Of a stretch of 64,000 bases of DNA, positions 40,331-51,958 are shown piece after piece (the first letter of the stretch is position 1; every line of letters starts with the position of its first letter). The DNA comes from Nageia nagi (taxonomy: Eukaryota; Plantae; Pinophyta). The translations under genes and the position numbers were made by a program. The DNA is taken from NCBI GenBank assembly GCA_050084985.1, contig JBITNC010000001.1, positions 163,246,001-163,310,000 on the forward strand, written 5' to 3'. The notes beneath the pieces are model-generated. The model did not search any database and was not told the DNA's origin. It worked only from the letters and a program-made list of their open reading frames with translations.

Positions 40331-41686
40331 CTTGCTAGGCGTTTCTTTCTCTGCAAATGTCCTTTGAGTTGCTTGCTCTTTGTGCGTCTTCCCTCCCTTG
40401 AGGAACATCATGGTGGGCTCCAAGTCATAAGCAACCCTAATTGCATCATCAAGTGTAACATCCCTTTTGTACTATAGAAAAATAATATAAGAGCTAAAAG
40501 GGACGTCTTAATAACATCCCTTTTGGAGTTTGTTTTGTATAACTTGGGATAGGAATTAAATGGTCCATGGACCCCATTGTAAGCCCCTAGTGGGACATAT
40601 CCCTCCCAAGTGTAGAATAGGATATATTAGTGTAATTGGAGATCCCGAACTTGATTGTGGGAATCCCAAGAGCTAATATACATTAATTAGCCAGGATAGA
40701 GGATTGCATGCTTGCATCAGCATTGGGGAATCCCCTATACCCCACATTGGCCATCCCAGACTCCTAGGCTTCTACACATGACACCAAGACCCACGTGGGC
40801 ATGCATGGCACCCCTAGACCTTGCGCTAGCATTTATGGCACCCAAGAATCCCACGTTGGCATGCCTGACACCTAGGCACCCACGTTGGGTATCTCGGGCC
40901 CTCTGGAGGCTAATGTTGGGGCCTTAGAGCCTAGTGATGATTCTGAGGTGAGATCTAGGACTTGGGTGAAAGAGTATAAGAAGACTTGGAGCCTCATTTG
41001 ATGGACAAACTTGATTATTATACCTTTACACTTCTACATCTTCTGATGGACACAACCTTAGCGGAGCATTGAGTGTATTCCTTAGGTGGAGCACCTAAGA
41101 GGATTGTTAAGCAGAGGGATCTTGGCAATCTACGACATTGGTGGAGCACGTTTGCCCATTCGATGGTATCCGAGGTAGAGTCTCTACCACTCACATGGTT
41201 ATATAGATTTGAGAAGAGCCCCTTTGGTGGGGAGGAATCAGATTGTGAGGAGGCGCTACAATCCCATAGACTACCTAGCATCATCAAGAGAGTTCGTCCG
41301 ACCCAGTTCAGCTCCCAGGAGGCTGACGTTAGCCCTTTGGGCGTGCTTATGTATTGCATGTCATTGTTCATGATAATATAAGCCATGGGCACTTTGGATC
41401 TTAGCTTTTGTATTCTTGTTGTGGCATCATTTGGTGCATTTGTGGATGTGTAGGCCATATGTTGGCTTTGTGAGCATTGTTGTGTTGTATATGATTGGAT
41501 TTGGTCCATCGTTGGCATTGTGTGGTGATCTTGTGCTTGTGGAAACCCACCGTTGGCACTCTAGGGTTTGAGTTTGTAAATTGGATGCCCTAGTTTGATT
41601 ATTTGAAATTTAATTGTTTGATATTTGCTTAAGATCTGTTTGGATCATTACAGTGGTATTAGAGCTTGGATTTGGCTAGCCTTTGA

Positions 41687-43690
41687 ATGAGACCAGTGAT
41701 TTACTGGAACTACACTAGATCTTACAAGAAAGAGATGGCATCTGCAAGGAGGGGGGGAAGGTCAGATGGTCAGGAAGAAGAACCGAGGCACTAGAGGAAT
41801 GAGCCATTACATGAGGAGGAAATTAGAGAAGAAAGTAGTGTGGAGAGAGAGAGAGCTGAATTGGCCAGGATGAGAAGCCCTCCACCCGTCCGAGATTCCA
41901 TGCCCGAACGAAAATTCAATGAATTAATTTCACCCATCACCAGCATGATAGGAGCTATCACAACAATGCAACAACATTTGAACCGACATCTGGAAGTTCG
42001 TATGGAGGAAGAAAGGAGAATGAGCCCCACACGTCACACTCAGGAGGATAGAAGGGAGCCAAGCGAGGAGGATTGGGAGCAACGGAGCATGAGGAGATCT
42101 CAGAGTTTGAGAGATCGAGAGTCCACACATCATGGACCTTCGAGTTGGAAAGAACTTGCGTTTGTAAGATCCCAATCATACCAGGCGCAACAAGGTACTA
42201 ACCCTCTCCTAGTGAGGTACCTGGAGGAAAATGTTGGTAGGGTTGGAGAGCAATCCATCATTCCACGGCCGTCCAAGCCTATAGAACTGAACCTATAGAA
42301 CTAAACCAGATCTTCAGGAAATACACATCGTTGGATCCAAGGTTGAGAAGGGATGTGGATTTGAATGGTTACTTGGAGTTGTTAGGATTGAGAGGAGGGC
42401 AAAATCACTCTCCCCACACCCCTAGCAATGCACGTTTGGATAGAAGAGATCTGCAACATAAGATCGACAAGTTGCAGGGGTCGATGTATGATGGAAAAAA
42501 GATGACAGCTAGGGCTTGGCTGCATCAATTGCAAACCTATTTCACTTTGAATCCGAACATGGAAGAGGAGGAAGCAGTCCACTTTGCCACATTGCACTTT
42601 GAAGGAGATGCGTTGGAATGGTGGCAACATGGGGTGATCAGCCAAGGATATGCAGACATCTCTTCATTCAATGAGTTTTCTAGGAAGCTAGTAAAGAGGT
42701 TTGATAGGAAGAGGAAAACCTACTTCAGGGACCTGACAACGTTAAGACAACAAGACACGGTGGATGAGTATGTAATTGAATTCTAGAAGATTGCTGTCAT
42801 GACCCATCAACTTCCGAAGGAAAGATTAACATTCCTGTTTGTTAGGGGTTGATGGAGCCACTGTGAGGCATGGTCAAGGTATCCTCTCCAAGGAGCCTTG
42901 ATGATGCAATCCATTCGGCTTATGATCTTGAGCCGACCATAAAGACACTTAGAGGACGACCGACACCAAGAGGAGGATATGTGAATAAGCCGTTTGTGGA
43001 CAAGGAGGGGCCTAGCAAGGCCAAACCATCTCCCCCATCATGGATGGATTAGCTGGACGTGGCCACAAGAAGGAAGTCGAGAGATGAAGGGAAATGCTTC
43101 TACTGCAAGAAGCATTGGCAGCCAGGGCACTGTTTCTTGGGAAAGGATAGGTGAACTATATTGAAGTATTTTCAGAAGAGGGTTCGGATGATTCGAATCT
43201 GGATTTGGGAGTGGACACATTGGACCAAGGGCCACCTAGAGTGGAATGGACCTTGGGAAGCATGATCACTTCTTTGAATGGAGTGAAGAAGCATTTGACT
43301 TTAAAGGTCATAGGAAAGGCAGGAGGACAAGACATCATGGTCTTGATTGATCTAGGTGCTTCTCACTATTTCATTGATGCAGGATTTGCAGAGATGAAGA
43401 ATCTGAAAACAAAAGGGTCTGAAGGATTCCGAGTTTCCAACACCAATGGAAAACTCACCCTTGTGGATCATATTGTGGAGAGATTTGGGGTTTGATTGTA
43501 GAGTTGCACCATTAGGGAGGATTTCTACCTTTACCCTATCAAGGGTCATCCTCATCATATTGGGTGTACAATGGCTATTTGATCTTGGGGATATTCATAC
43601 AAATTATCAAAAGTTCACCATGAGCTTTGAGATTGATGGGAAAACTCACATTACTGGGAATCAAGGACGATTGCCCCCAAGTGGATAACA
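41687..43690 (+). pseudogene. gag-protease of element E
   Basis: ORF fragments 41840-42298, 42331-42786, 42870-43052 and 43151-43495, with stops and frameshifts. Confidence 0.85.
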
Positions 43691-43740
43691 AAAGGTTAGA
43701 GATGATTGAATGGTGCCAGAAGAAGGAAGAACTGAAGGAG

Positions 43741-43970
43741 GACCCACATTGGACATGAAGGAGACTTGGCATCCCCCATGTTGTAGCCTGAGAGGCCATC
43801 ATGGCCTACATTGGGTTTGGGGAAACCTAGAACCCCCATGTTGGAGTTGGAGGAGTTGAAGCCAACCACATTGAGCCTAAATGTTGTTGTGAGCCACACG
43901 TTGGAACTAGGGATGATGGAGCACCTCACGTGGAGCATGGGAGAGCTTGTGTTCCCCATGTTGAACTTGG
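43741..43970 (+). repeat. Eight-copy 30-bp-period repeat with core CCCA(C/T)(G/A)TTGG
   Basis: Cores at ~43743, 43774, 43805, 43834, 43865, 43894, 43924 and 43954. Confidence 0.75.
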
Positions 43971-46900
43971 ATGGAGTTTGGCATGACAATTGGAGCTTAA
44001 AAAGTCTCTAACATTGCATTTTGCATCTAGGAAGAGAATGTTGGATGGTGATGAGCCAAGGAGCATTTTGGTGTCTCACATTGGGGATCTAGGAGGATTC
44101 ATGCATATTGATTTCAGCTAGAGGAGTTGGAGACCCCACATGGAGGAAGATTGGAGGACGGACTGTCACAAGGAGCTTGGGCTCCATCTGTTTACACCCA
44201 CTTTTGTTTGCATGTTTGCAGGTATCACACTCTGAATGCAACATTGCTTGGCCTTGTGGTGAAGATTTTCGATTTGGGACATCTACACCAAAGGATTCTT
44301 GGAAGACAACATACTGCAATCTTCCACCATTGCTTGAGGGCAAGCAATCTTAGGAGGAAGGCTTTGTAACACCCTTTTGTACTATAGAAAAATAATGTAA
44401 GAGCTAAAAGGGATGTCTTAATAACATCCCTTTTGGAGTTTTTTTTTGTAGTTTGATTTTTGGTTTGTTTTGTATAACTTAGAATAGGAATTAATTGGTC
44501 CATGGAGTCCACTGTGAGGCCCTAGTGGGATGTATTCCTACCAAATGTAGAATAGGATATATTAATGTACTTGGAGATCCTAGACATGATTGTGGGAATC
44601 CCAAGAGCTTGTATACATTAATTAGCCAGGATAGAGGATTGCATGCTTGCGCTAGAATTGGGGAATCCCCTAGACCCCATGTTGGCCATCCCAGACTCCT
44701 AGGCTTCCATGCATGACACCAAGACTCACGGGGAGATATGTGGCACCCCTAGACCCTGCGCTAGCATTTATGGCACCCAAGAATCTCACATTGGCATGCC
44801 TGACCCTAGGCATCCACTTTGGGTATCTCGGGCCCTTTGGAGGCTAACGTTGGGGCCTTAAAGCCTAATGATGATTCTGAGGTGAGATCTAGGACCTGGT
44901 GAAAGAGTATAAGAAGACTTGGATGCTCATTTGATGGATACACTTGATTATTATACCTTTACACTTCTACATCGTCCGATGGACTCAACCTTAACGAAGC
45001 GTTGAGTGTGTTCCTTAGGTGGAGCACCAAAGAGGGTTGTCAAGTAAAGGGATCTTAGCAATCTACGACATTGGTGGAGCACCTTTTCCCATCAGCTGGT
45101 ATTCGAGGTGGAGTCTCTACCACTTGCATGGTTAGCCAGATCCGAGGAGGGACCCTTCAGTGGGTAGGAGTCAGATTGTGAGGAGGTGCTACTGTCCCAT
45201 AGACCATCCAACATCATCAAGAGAGTTCGTCCAGCCCAGTTTAGGTCCCAGGAAGCTGACGTCAACCCTTTGGGCTTGCTTATTTATTGTATGTCATTGT
45301 TCATGATAATATAAGCTATGGGCAGTTTGGATCTTAGCTTTTGTATTGTTGTTGAGGCATTGTTTGGTGCATTTGTGCATGTGTAGGCCATACGTTGGCT
45401 TTGTGAGTATTGTTGTGTTGTATATGATTGTATTTGGCCCATTGTTGGCATTGTGGGGTGTGTATGTGCTAGGAAGACCCATCGTTGGCATTGTGTGGTG
45501 ATCTTGTGCTTGTGGAAGCCCAACATTGGCAATCTAGGGTTTGAGTTTGTAAATTGGATGCCCTAGTTTGATTATTTGAAATTTAATTGTCTGATATTTG
45601 CTTGAGATCTTTTTGGATCATTACATCAAGGTTTTGTAGTGTTGATACCTTTGCCATTCCTTGCAAGGGTTCCATCAACCTTTCTATGAAGAGGAAGGTC
45701 AATCTTTCCTTGGGAACGCTATGGATCATGATTGCAATTCTCTGACATTCTGACACATACTCATCCATTGCACCCTACTGCTTTAGAGATGTCAACTCTC
45801 TAAAGTAGTCATTCTCTCTCTTTCTGTCAAACCTCTTTACCAATCTTCGAGCAAACTCATCGAAAGAGACAATGTGGGAGTAATCTTGACTTATCACTCC
45901 ATGCTGCCACCATTTGAGGGTATCTCCCTTAAAGTCCAACGATGCAAATTGCATCCTTCTCAATCATGTTCGGACTTAGGGTGAAGTAGGCCTGCAACTG
46001 ATGGAGCCAAGCCCTAGTCATCATCTTCTTGCTGTCATACATGGGCACCTGCATTTTATTGATCTTCTGCTGCAACTCTCTATTGTCACATCACAAATTG
46101 CTTTGGGAGTGTGTGCCATGAGAGTTACCTCCTTTTAACCCCAAGATCTCCAGGTAGCCATTGAAATTCATGTGCCTCAATCCTGGATCTAACATGGAGT
46201 ACTCCCTAAAGATCTAGTTCAACTCAAGAGGACGGGGAATCCGACTTTTTACCTCATTGGTGGACTTCTTGGCAAACATAGGTTTGGACAGTTTTGGAAG
46301 GATGGGCTACTCTCCTATCTTCTCAACGTCTTCTTCCAGGAACCTCCCCAGGAGAGGGTTAGTTTCTTGCGGAGCTCTGTGAGAATGGGACCTCAAGAAC
46401 GCATGCTCTTGGTGACTTATGGATCCGTGATGAGTGGACCCTCTATCTCTCAAGTTGTGCGATCTCCTCAAACTCGGCTTCCTCTCCATTCTATCCTCCT
46501 CCCTTGGCTGCTCTTCTTCATATGGAGTGGGACGTGGAGGGCTGACATGCCTTTCTGAAACTTCTTGACCTCCAATGAACTTATTGATGGCAATCATCTA
46601 CTTTTGCATAGTGGTCATCACACCCATCATATTATGTATGACTGAAATGAGTTCGTTGAACGTCCTCTCTGGCGTAGACTCTCTAGCCGGGGTGAAGCTT
46701 CTCTCTTGGATGATGTGGATTTGCCTCTTTCCACTTCATTCTTCTCACCAAAAGTGTCCTTATCTAGAATGTCATGCATCCAAGGTCGATGATCTTCATT
46801 TGGAGTGACTTTGGCTAGGGTTTCATCATGTTGCATCTTTCCACTCTTCTTAGCTGAGGCTATCTCCCTCCTGGTGCTAGATCTGGTGTAGTAGTTGTGA

Positions 46901-48572
46901 ACTACAGGTCTCATTCACAGGTTGGCCAGATCCAAGCTTTGATGCCATTGTAGAATCCCAAACACAAACTCAAATGCAAATAAGCAAAAACAAGCATGTA
47001 ATCACCCACGTCTAGCCTAGGGCCTCAATTTCAAGCATGAATAATACAATAATTGCAACGCCTGGCTCATACAAGCATACATGAACTCAAACACCCCAAC
47101 ATTGCAATATGGAAGAATACACAAGACAATATTGAGATCCAAAATACCCACAACTGTATTAGCGATATAGAATGACAAATGATACAATACTAGGCCCAGA
47201 GGGCTTAACGTTGGCCTCTAAGGAGCCAACTAGTGCACAATGCACACACAAATGTGATCACTGCTGGTAACACGAAACAATAGATGGGATAACCTCACTC
47301 TCAATACTGGATGCTCTACTGCAGAACTCCCATGCTTGGAAACCTAGGGATATTGCTTGATGTTGCACTAAGACTTGTGTCCATTGGACGGTATGGGAAA
47401 TAATAATAATCATGTATATCCAACAATGATGTTCCAAGGCTTAATATAGCTCACATTGGATCTGGATCTCACCTCAAAGTTATCACCACCTCAAAGTTAT
47501 CACCTAGCCTTCTTGTTCCAACGTTGGCTTCCTAGAAGGCCTCTAAATCCCAACGAAGGTGCTTAGGGATCATTCCAAGCCCAACGTGGGTATCTGGGCC
47601 CTTCACATGCTCAACGTGGGTCTTCATGCTCGACGTGGGTCTAGAGGGCATGCGTGGGTATCTAGAAGTCATCATGGGCTGATGTGGGGGTCTACGAGTC
47701 TCCCCAAGGCTGGCGCATGTGTACAAGTGCTCCCAAATCCAACGTTGGGGCAAATAGGTGTTTATCTATGCTTTAGTATCATCTAGGTGCTATATAAGCC
47801 TTGGGATTCCCACAATCAATTCTTAGGATCTCGAAGTACACAAAATCACATTAACTCATACTTGCCTATGCTTGGGAGGAAGACATCCCACTTGGGGCTT
47901 AAAGTGGGATCCAACGGACCTTTATATTTTTTGTTCCAAGTACTAACAACTAAAGCACAATTAAATAAATAAATATTTACGAAGGGGAATTTGTGGGATT
48001 CCATAATTAAATACAATTTGCAAAGGGGAACGTCACAGTTAAACCCAGAATTTTTGTGATTATGAAATATATTTAATATTTTTGTAAATATGTATATATA
48101 TTGGAGGAAAGCATGTTATGAATACAATTAATTAGCTTAAAAATTGGAAGATCGTTACAAAGCCTTTAAGCTAGACATAGTGCAAGTCATGAAGATGACA
48201 TCTTATGATGTACTTTCAGTCTCATATTGATATACCTATATTTTTCGCTTGTGGATATCAATATTAGTTCATTTCTTTTTCATTTTTCCTTTCTTGTCTC
48301 TCTTCTATTTAGAACTGGATAAAAGTAGAAACAGAAAATAATAATGATCATATTTAGCTGTTGTATGCTTGAGAGGAACCCAATAAGTAAACCATAGGTT
48401 CCATGTTTCTAATGCTTTTATCAATGTATATAGTCCTTTTTCCTTGAAAGCATGGTGGAGTTTGTCTTAGTTTCTTCTCTATTTGATATTGTATTGATCT
48501 TGGATTCAAATTAAAGGCTTTCAAAAATGAAATATTGTTTCTCTGATTGCATATATTTATAATGAATTACAG

Positions 48573-48651
48573 ATACTGTGTGATTGAAGAAGTTGGTGGA
48601 GCTGGTGCTGCACTCATGGAATGGCGATTAGAGACTGGCCGCACCCATCAG
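48573..48651 (+). CDS. Next exon of the same pseudouridine synthase (ETGRTHQ motif)
   Basis: Acceptor tacAG at 48571-72 and donor CAG|gt at 48652. It joins the previous exon in phase (AG|A = Arg) and reads YCVIEEVGGAGAALMEWRLETGRTHQ, including the RluA/D-family TGRTHQ(IR) motif. Too short to appear in the ORF track. Confidence 0.93.
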
Positions 48652-49619
48652 GTGGGACAGTCTAGCATGCCAGGCTTTGATTAGTAGATTGTTTATGCAT
48701 GCATGCATGTTTTCAAAATTTTGTTTTTGATTTCAATGGTTGTGAGTGATCAAAATTATTTGTCTTGACAACACGCTTGCCAATGTTAAGTTTTGAGATG
48801 CAATTGAGCTCCAACAGCTACTATTTGATAACTTTGCATGTAAATTATTTTATTCTTTAAAATATATGCACCATGTTTTTAACACACGAACAGTTTTACC
48901 TTGTACTATGTAAATGCCGTATGATCCTAGATGGCTTATTGTTTTTTGAAATTATTGAACGAAACATTGTTCTTGGTGCTCCTTGTAAGTGTTGTAGTAA
49001 TTGCTAGCTTCAGCCTTGGGCATGTTCACTTATTTCTATCAGTATGGACAGGATCATGAGCTCTCTTACTGTAGTCATTTATTTTCTGGATGCTTATTGC
49101 AAGTTAGGGAAGCATCATTACTTTTAGCCTTTCTTGGTCAATGATTAAAGTCAACATTGTTCCATATTAGTGTCATCCATAGAGGGTGAACTGACAAAAT
49201 TTTCAATATGTATGTAGAGCGTGCCAATTATAATTGTTTGTTAAGTTCCCATCTTTGAAATGTATTAATAGGAATAGAATCTGGATTCTGCAAATGACTA
49301 GTGGTATGTGTCTTCCTTTGAAGCAGTAACATTTGTGTCATTAGCTTTGTCATTCTATCTCAACGCTTTTGAATCTCTATCTAAGTATTTTGAAACATAT
49401 CTGCCCTTTCCTTATCTGTTAAGATTTCCCTCATTTTTGTCCATAGTAAACAAGTTGACAGGAAATCGGCTTTAATACTACTTATATGCTATAAATAAAA
49501 ACAATGTACCACACCAATGTAACTAACAAAATAAACCCTGCAATAACCCTAGAGCTGTAACTTAGTGATAAAATCTGTGGGAATACATCAATAGAATAAT
49601 AATTCTGGCAGAGGCGATG

Positions 49620-51256
49620 CATGAGCAATAGTAATTCTGCCAGAACTTGCTCCTTGCACAAAACTTTCTCCTTGCAAAAGAACTTTCACCTTGTGTGGCA
49701 TGGGACATTGAAGCCATGGCCTGTTGAGGCCCTTGATGTGTTGCCATAAAAGCCAACTGGTGGACCAACTGTTCCATTAGTCCAGTCATTCTTTGTTGAC
49801 CAGTAAGAATACCTGCAATGTTATCCTCAAATGATCTTGCTCTCCTTTCATCATCTTCTCTTCTTTTCCTTTCTGCTTCCAAATAATCATCACTTTTGTC
49901 TCCCATATCTCCAACCAGATCTGAACTTTATGGTGGCTGATTGGGGTGTGATCTATTACTCCTTCAATTATACTAATGGTGCATCAACTGTCTTCACAGG
50001 CTGGCAGGAAACCAACTCCAATACCAATGTAAGGAACCATACCAAAATAATCCAGAAATTTTACAAGTAAAATGTTAAATTCACCAAAATATTTCAGGTC
50101 TGAAGTTTACTACTGAAATAAACCAGCAAACTCAGAAATTATCTACATCTCACTCCACAAATTTTAATAAAATAATCTGATAGTGGCAATTCAATCTAGG
50201 GCACACAAGATGCACAAAAGATGCTCCAAAAACTCAGCACAGAATAGCTAGGGCTGGACGCCCATCTCCAGAAGGCAGATCTGATCTGAAACACACAAGA
50301 ATCTCCAAACTGGGCGATCAGCATGCAAGCAAGCTGAACACTCTGAAATCTGAAAATATTCTCTCCAAAGCTGGGCGCTCCACACTGGGTCTCCAAACCC
50401 TCAGATCTGACTTTCCAAACAGTCAGAAAATCTGTCTTCTTCGGCAATGCATGCACAAATGTAAACTCCGAATAGATTTACCCCTAAAAGCTCAAGGCTG
50501 TTCTTCCTCAAGGTTAACATAGAGACTAACCTTCCTCTAGTGTTCCCACTCCTGTAGGGTTTCAGGCTACAAAAGGAATAAAGACTGCTGCTACAACAAT
50601 GATCTCTAAATTATTAGCTGTAAAAATGATCCAAAAAAACCCCTTACAATGAGCAATTACTTTCCTTAATAGACTTATCAAAAATCCTCAACTCTCCCAT
50701 AAAATGGACGCCTTGGTGGCTATTTTGGGGACTAGAATTCAACGCCCCACTCTAGGGAGTTACAACGTGTATTTTGGGCGATTACATCAGTTACAAAGTC
50801 AAAATATTAAAAACTATCCTAATTTTTCAATTACATTTTTTTTTAACACACTTCTGCACAATAAAACACACCTCTAAATACTCCAAAAGTGGACGCTCCT
50901 CTTCAAGAGGCAAATTTACATCATTTAAACACCAAAAATGAAAAGGGATATTAATTAGGGACATTTCACTGTTGAGGATCGAGGCAAATCACGAAATAGC
51001 CCGTGATTTGCGAGTCTATCGTCTCTTTGTTCTCTTGAGACTGAGTTCGAAGACCGCTTCATCTTTCGGTGTTCAATGTACTATGAGATCAGAGGTAGAT
51101 ACCATTGCCTCTTCCATGACTCATATGACTCATTGTCTACATTCATTTGGTACTTGGATCAACATTGTTTAGCTCTTTACCTTCGAGAGACCTTCCTCCT
51201 ACAAAAAGCATCTTCTAGCTTGCACTCAACATCTGATAGGTGATCGTCACATTACA
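49620..51256 (-). mobile_element. Truncated Gypsy: 5' LTR 50028-51256, PBS and start of gag
   Basis: TGTAA...CATTACA termini, PBS-like sequence (rc of tggtattggagt) 50015-26, and coiled-coil gag N-terminus MGDKSDDYLEAERKRREDDERR. Confidence 0.72.
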
Positions 51257-51958
51257 TTGTTTTTTTGAGCTTTTTCTATAGAGGGGGAGTGTAGGAGACA
51301 ACGTGAGGACCCTCTTCACACTACGCATTACACCATGAGATGCCTTCAAGACCCCTAGGCTACACTAAGGACTCGACAAATCACATCTTTCTTCCCCTCC
51401 AGCAATTGTACCATAGACAAGTCCCTCAGAGACCAATGAGATCCCTCCCTGGTGTGGAGAGCACTTGCATGCTTTCTGTCGCAGAGGCCTAGGATGACCC
51501 TCCATGAGATGTTCTAGATTTTTATCCCTCCTTCCTTTAGAGTTTGGACCATCCTTTATACAAATGTGTTTGTGTTTTCTTTAGGTTATTTTTTTATGCT
51601 TTCTTTAGAGTGGACCCTATAGGAACTTTGTTGGTTTCCTGATCATGCTTGTAATTAACACTCCCATTGATCGCTTTTGGTCACCCAAGGACATTAATAT
51701 ACTTTCTTTCTTTCTTGGGGCCAAATTTTAGATAGAACAGACTCAAAAATAGGGCTGACCTCAACCTTGTTATCAATACCAAGGCTGATCATGGCCCTAT
51801 TTTGAGGGAACTTGAGGCCCAAACTTTTGGAGGAGCCTTCCATAGGCCTCCACACATTTTTCTTCAAAATTTTACTTTTTTTTTTTTGACAAAAGATCTG
51901 TTGGAAATCAATAAGAAAAGCGAATAATGAACAAACATGACAAAATCATTGAAATATC

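Larger units (their letters stand above)
40454..45625 (+). mobile_element. Complete non-autonomous Gypsy element E (gag + protease only; TR-GAG-like)
   Basis: LTRs 40454-41652 and 44365-45625, perfect TSD tcaag (40449-53 / 45626-30), PBS tggtattagagc 41654-65 and PPT aggaggaagg 44352-61. The 2.7-kb interior has gag (FATLHFEGDALEWWQH), a knuckle (CFYCKKHWQPGHC) and protease (VLIDLGASHYFID), but no RT, RNase H or integrase. Confidence 0.93.
40331..48037 (-). mobile_element. 5' half of Gypsy element D (LTR 46949-48037, PBS, gag), interrupted by element E and truncated at ~40331
   Basis: PBS (rc of tggcatcaaagc) 46936-47 and gag MRPVVHNYYTRS.., LKWWQHGVISQ, GMAKVSTLQN|LDDAIRVAYDLEPT reading through the E insertion site. 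Confidence 0.87.
29259..48572 (+). other. 19,314-bp GT-AG intron filled with nested retroelements
   Basis: Lies between two phase-compatible exons with contiguous protein sequence (..AASR|YCVIE..). Confidence 0.88.

Noticed and set aside
38184-41381. Repeated ORF MYSLGGAPKR.. (38184 and 41073)
   Set aside because: It lies within homologous LTRs, starts at GTG, and the third copy (~45005) has an early stop. The similarity only reflects LTR homology.
49497-51263. 12-bp inverted repeat aaaaacaatgta / tacattgttttt as TIRs
   Set aside because: Low complexity, overlaps the ordinary TGTA/TACA LTR termini, and no TSD.
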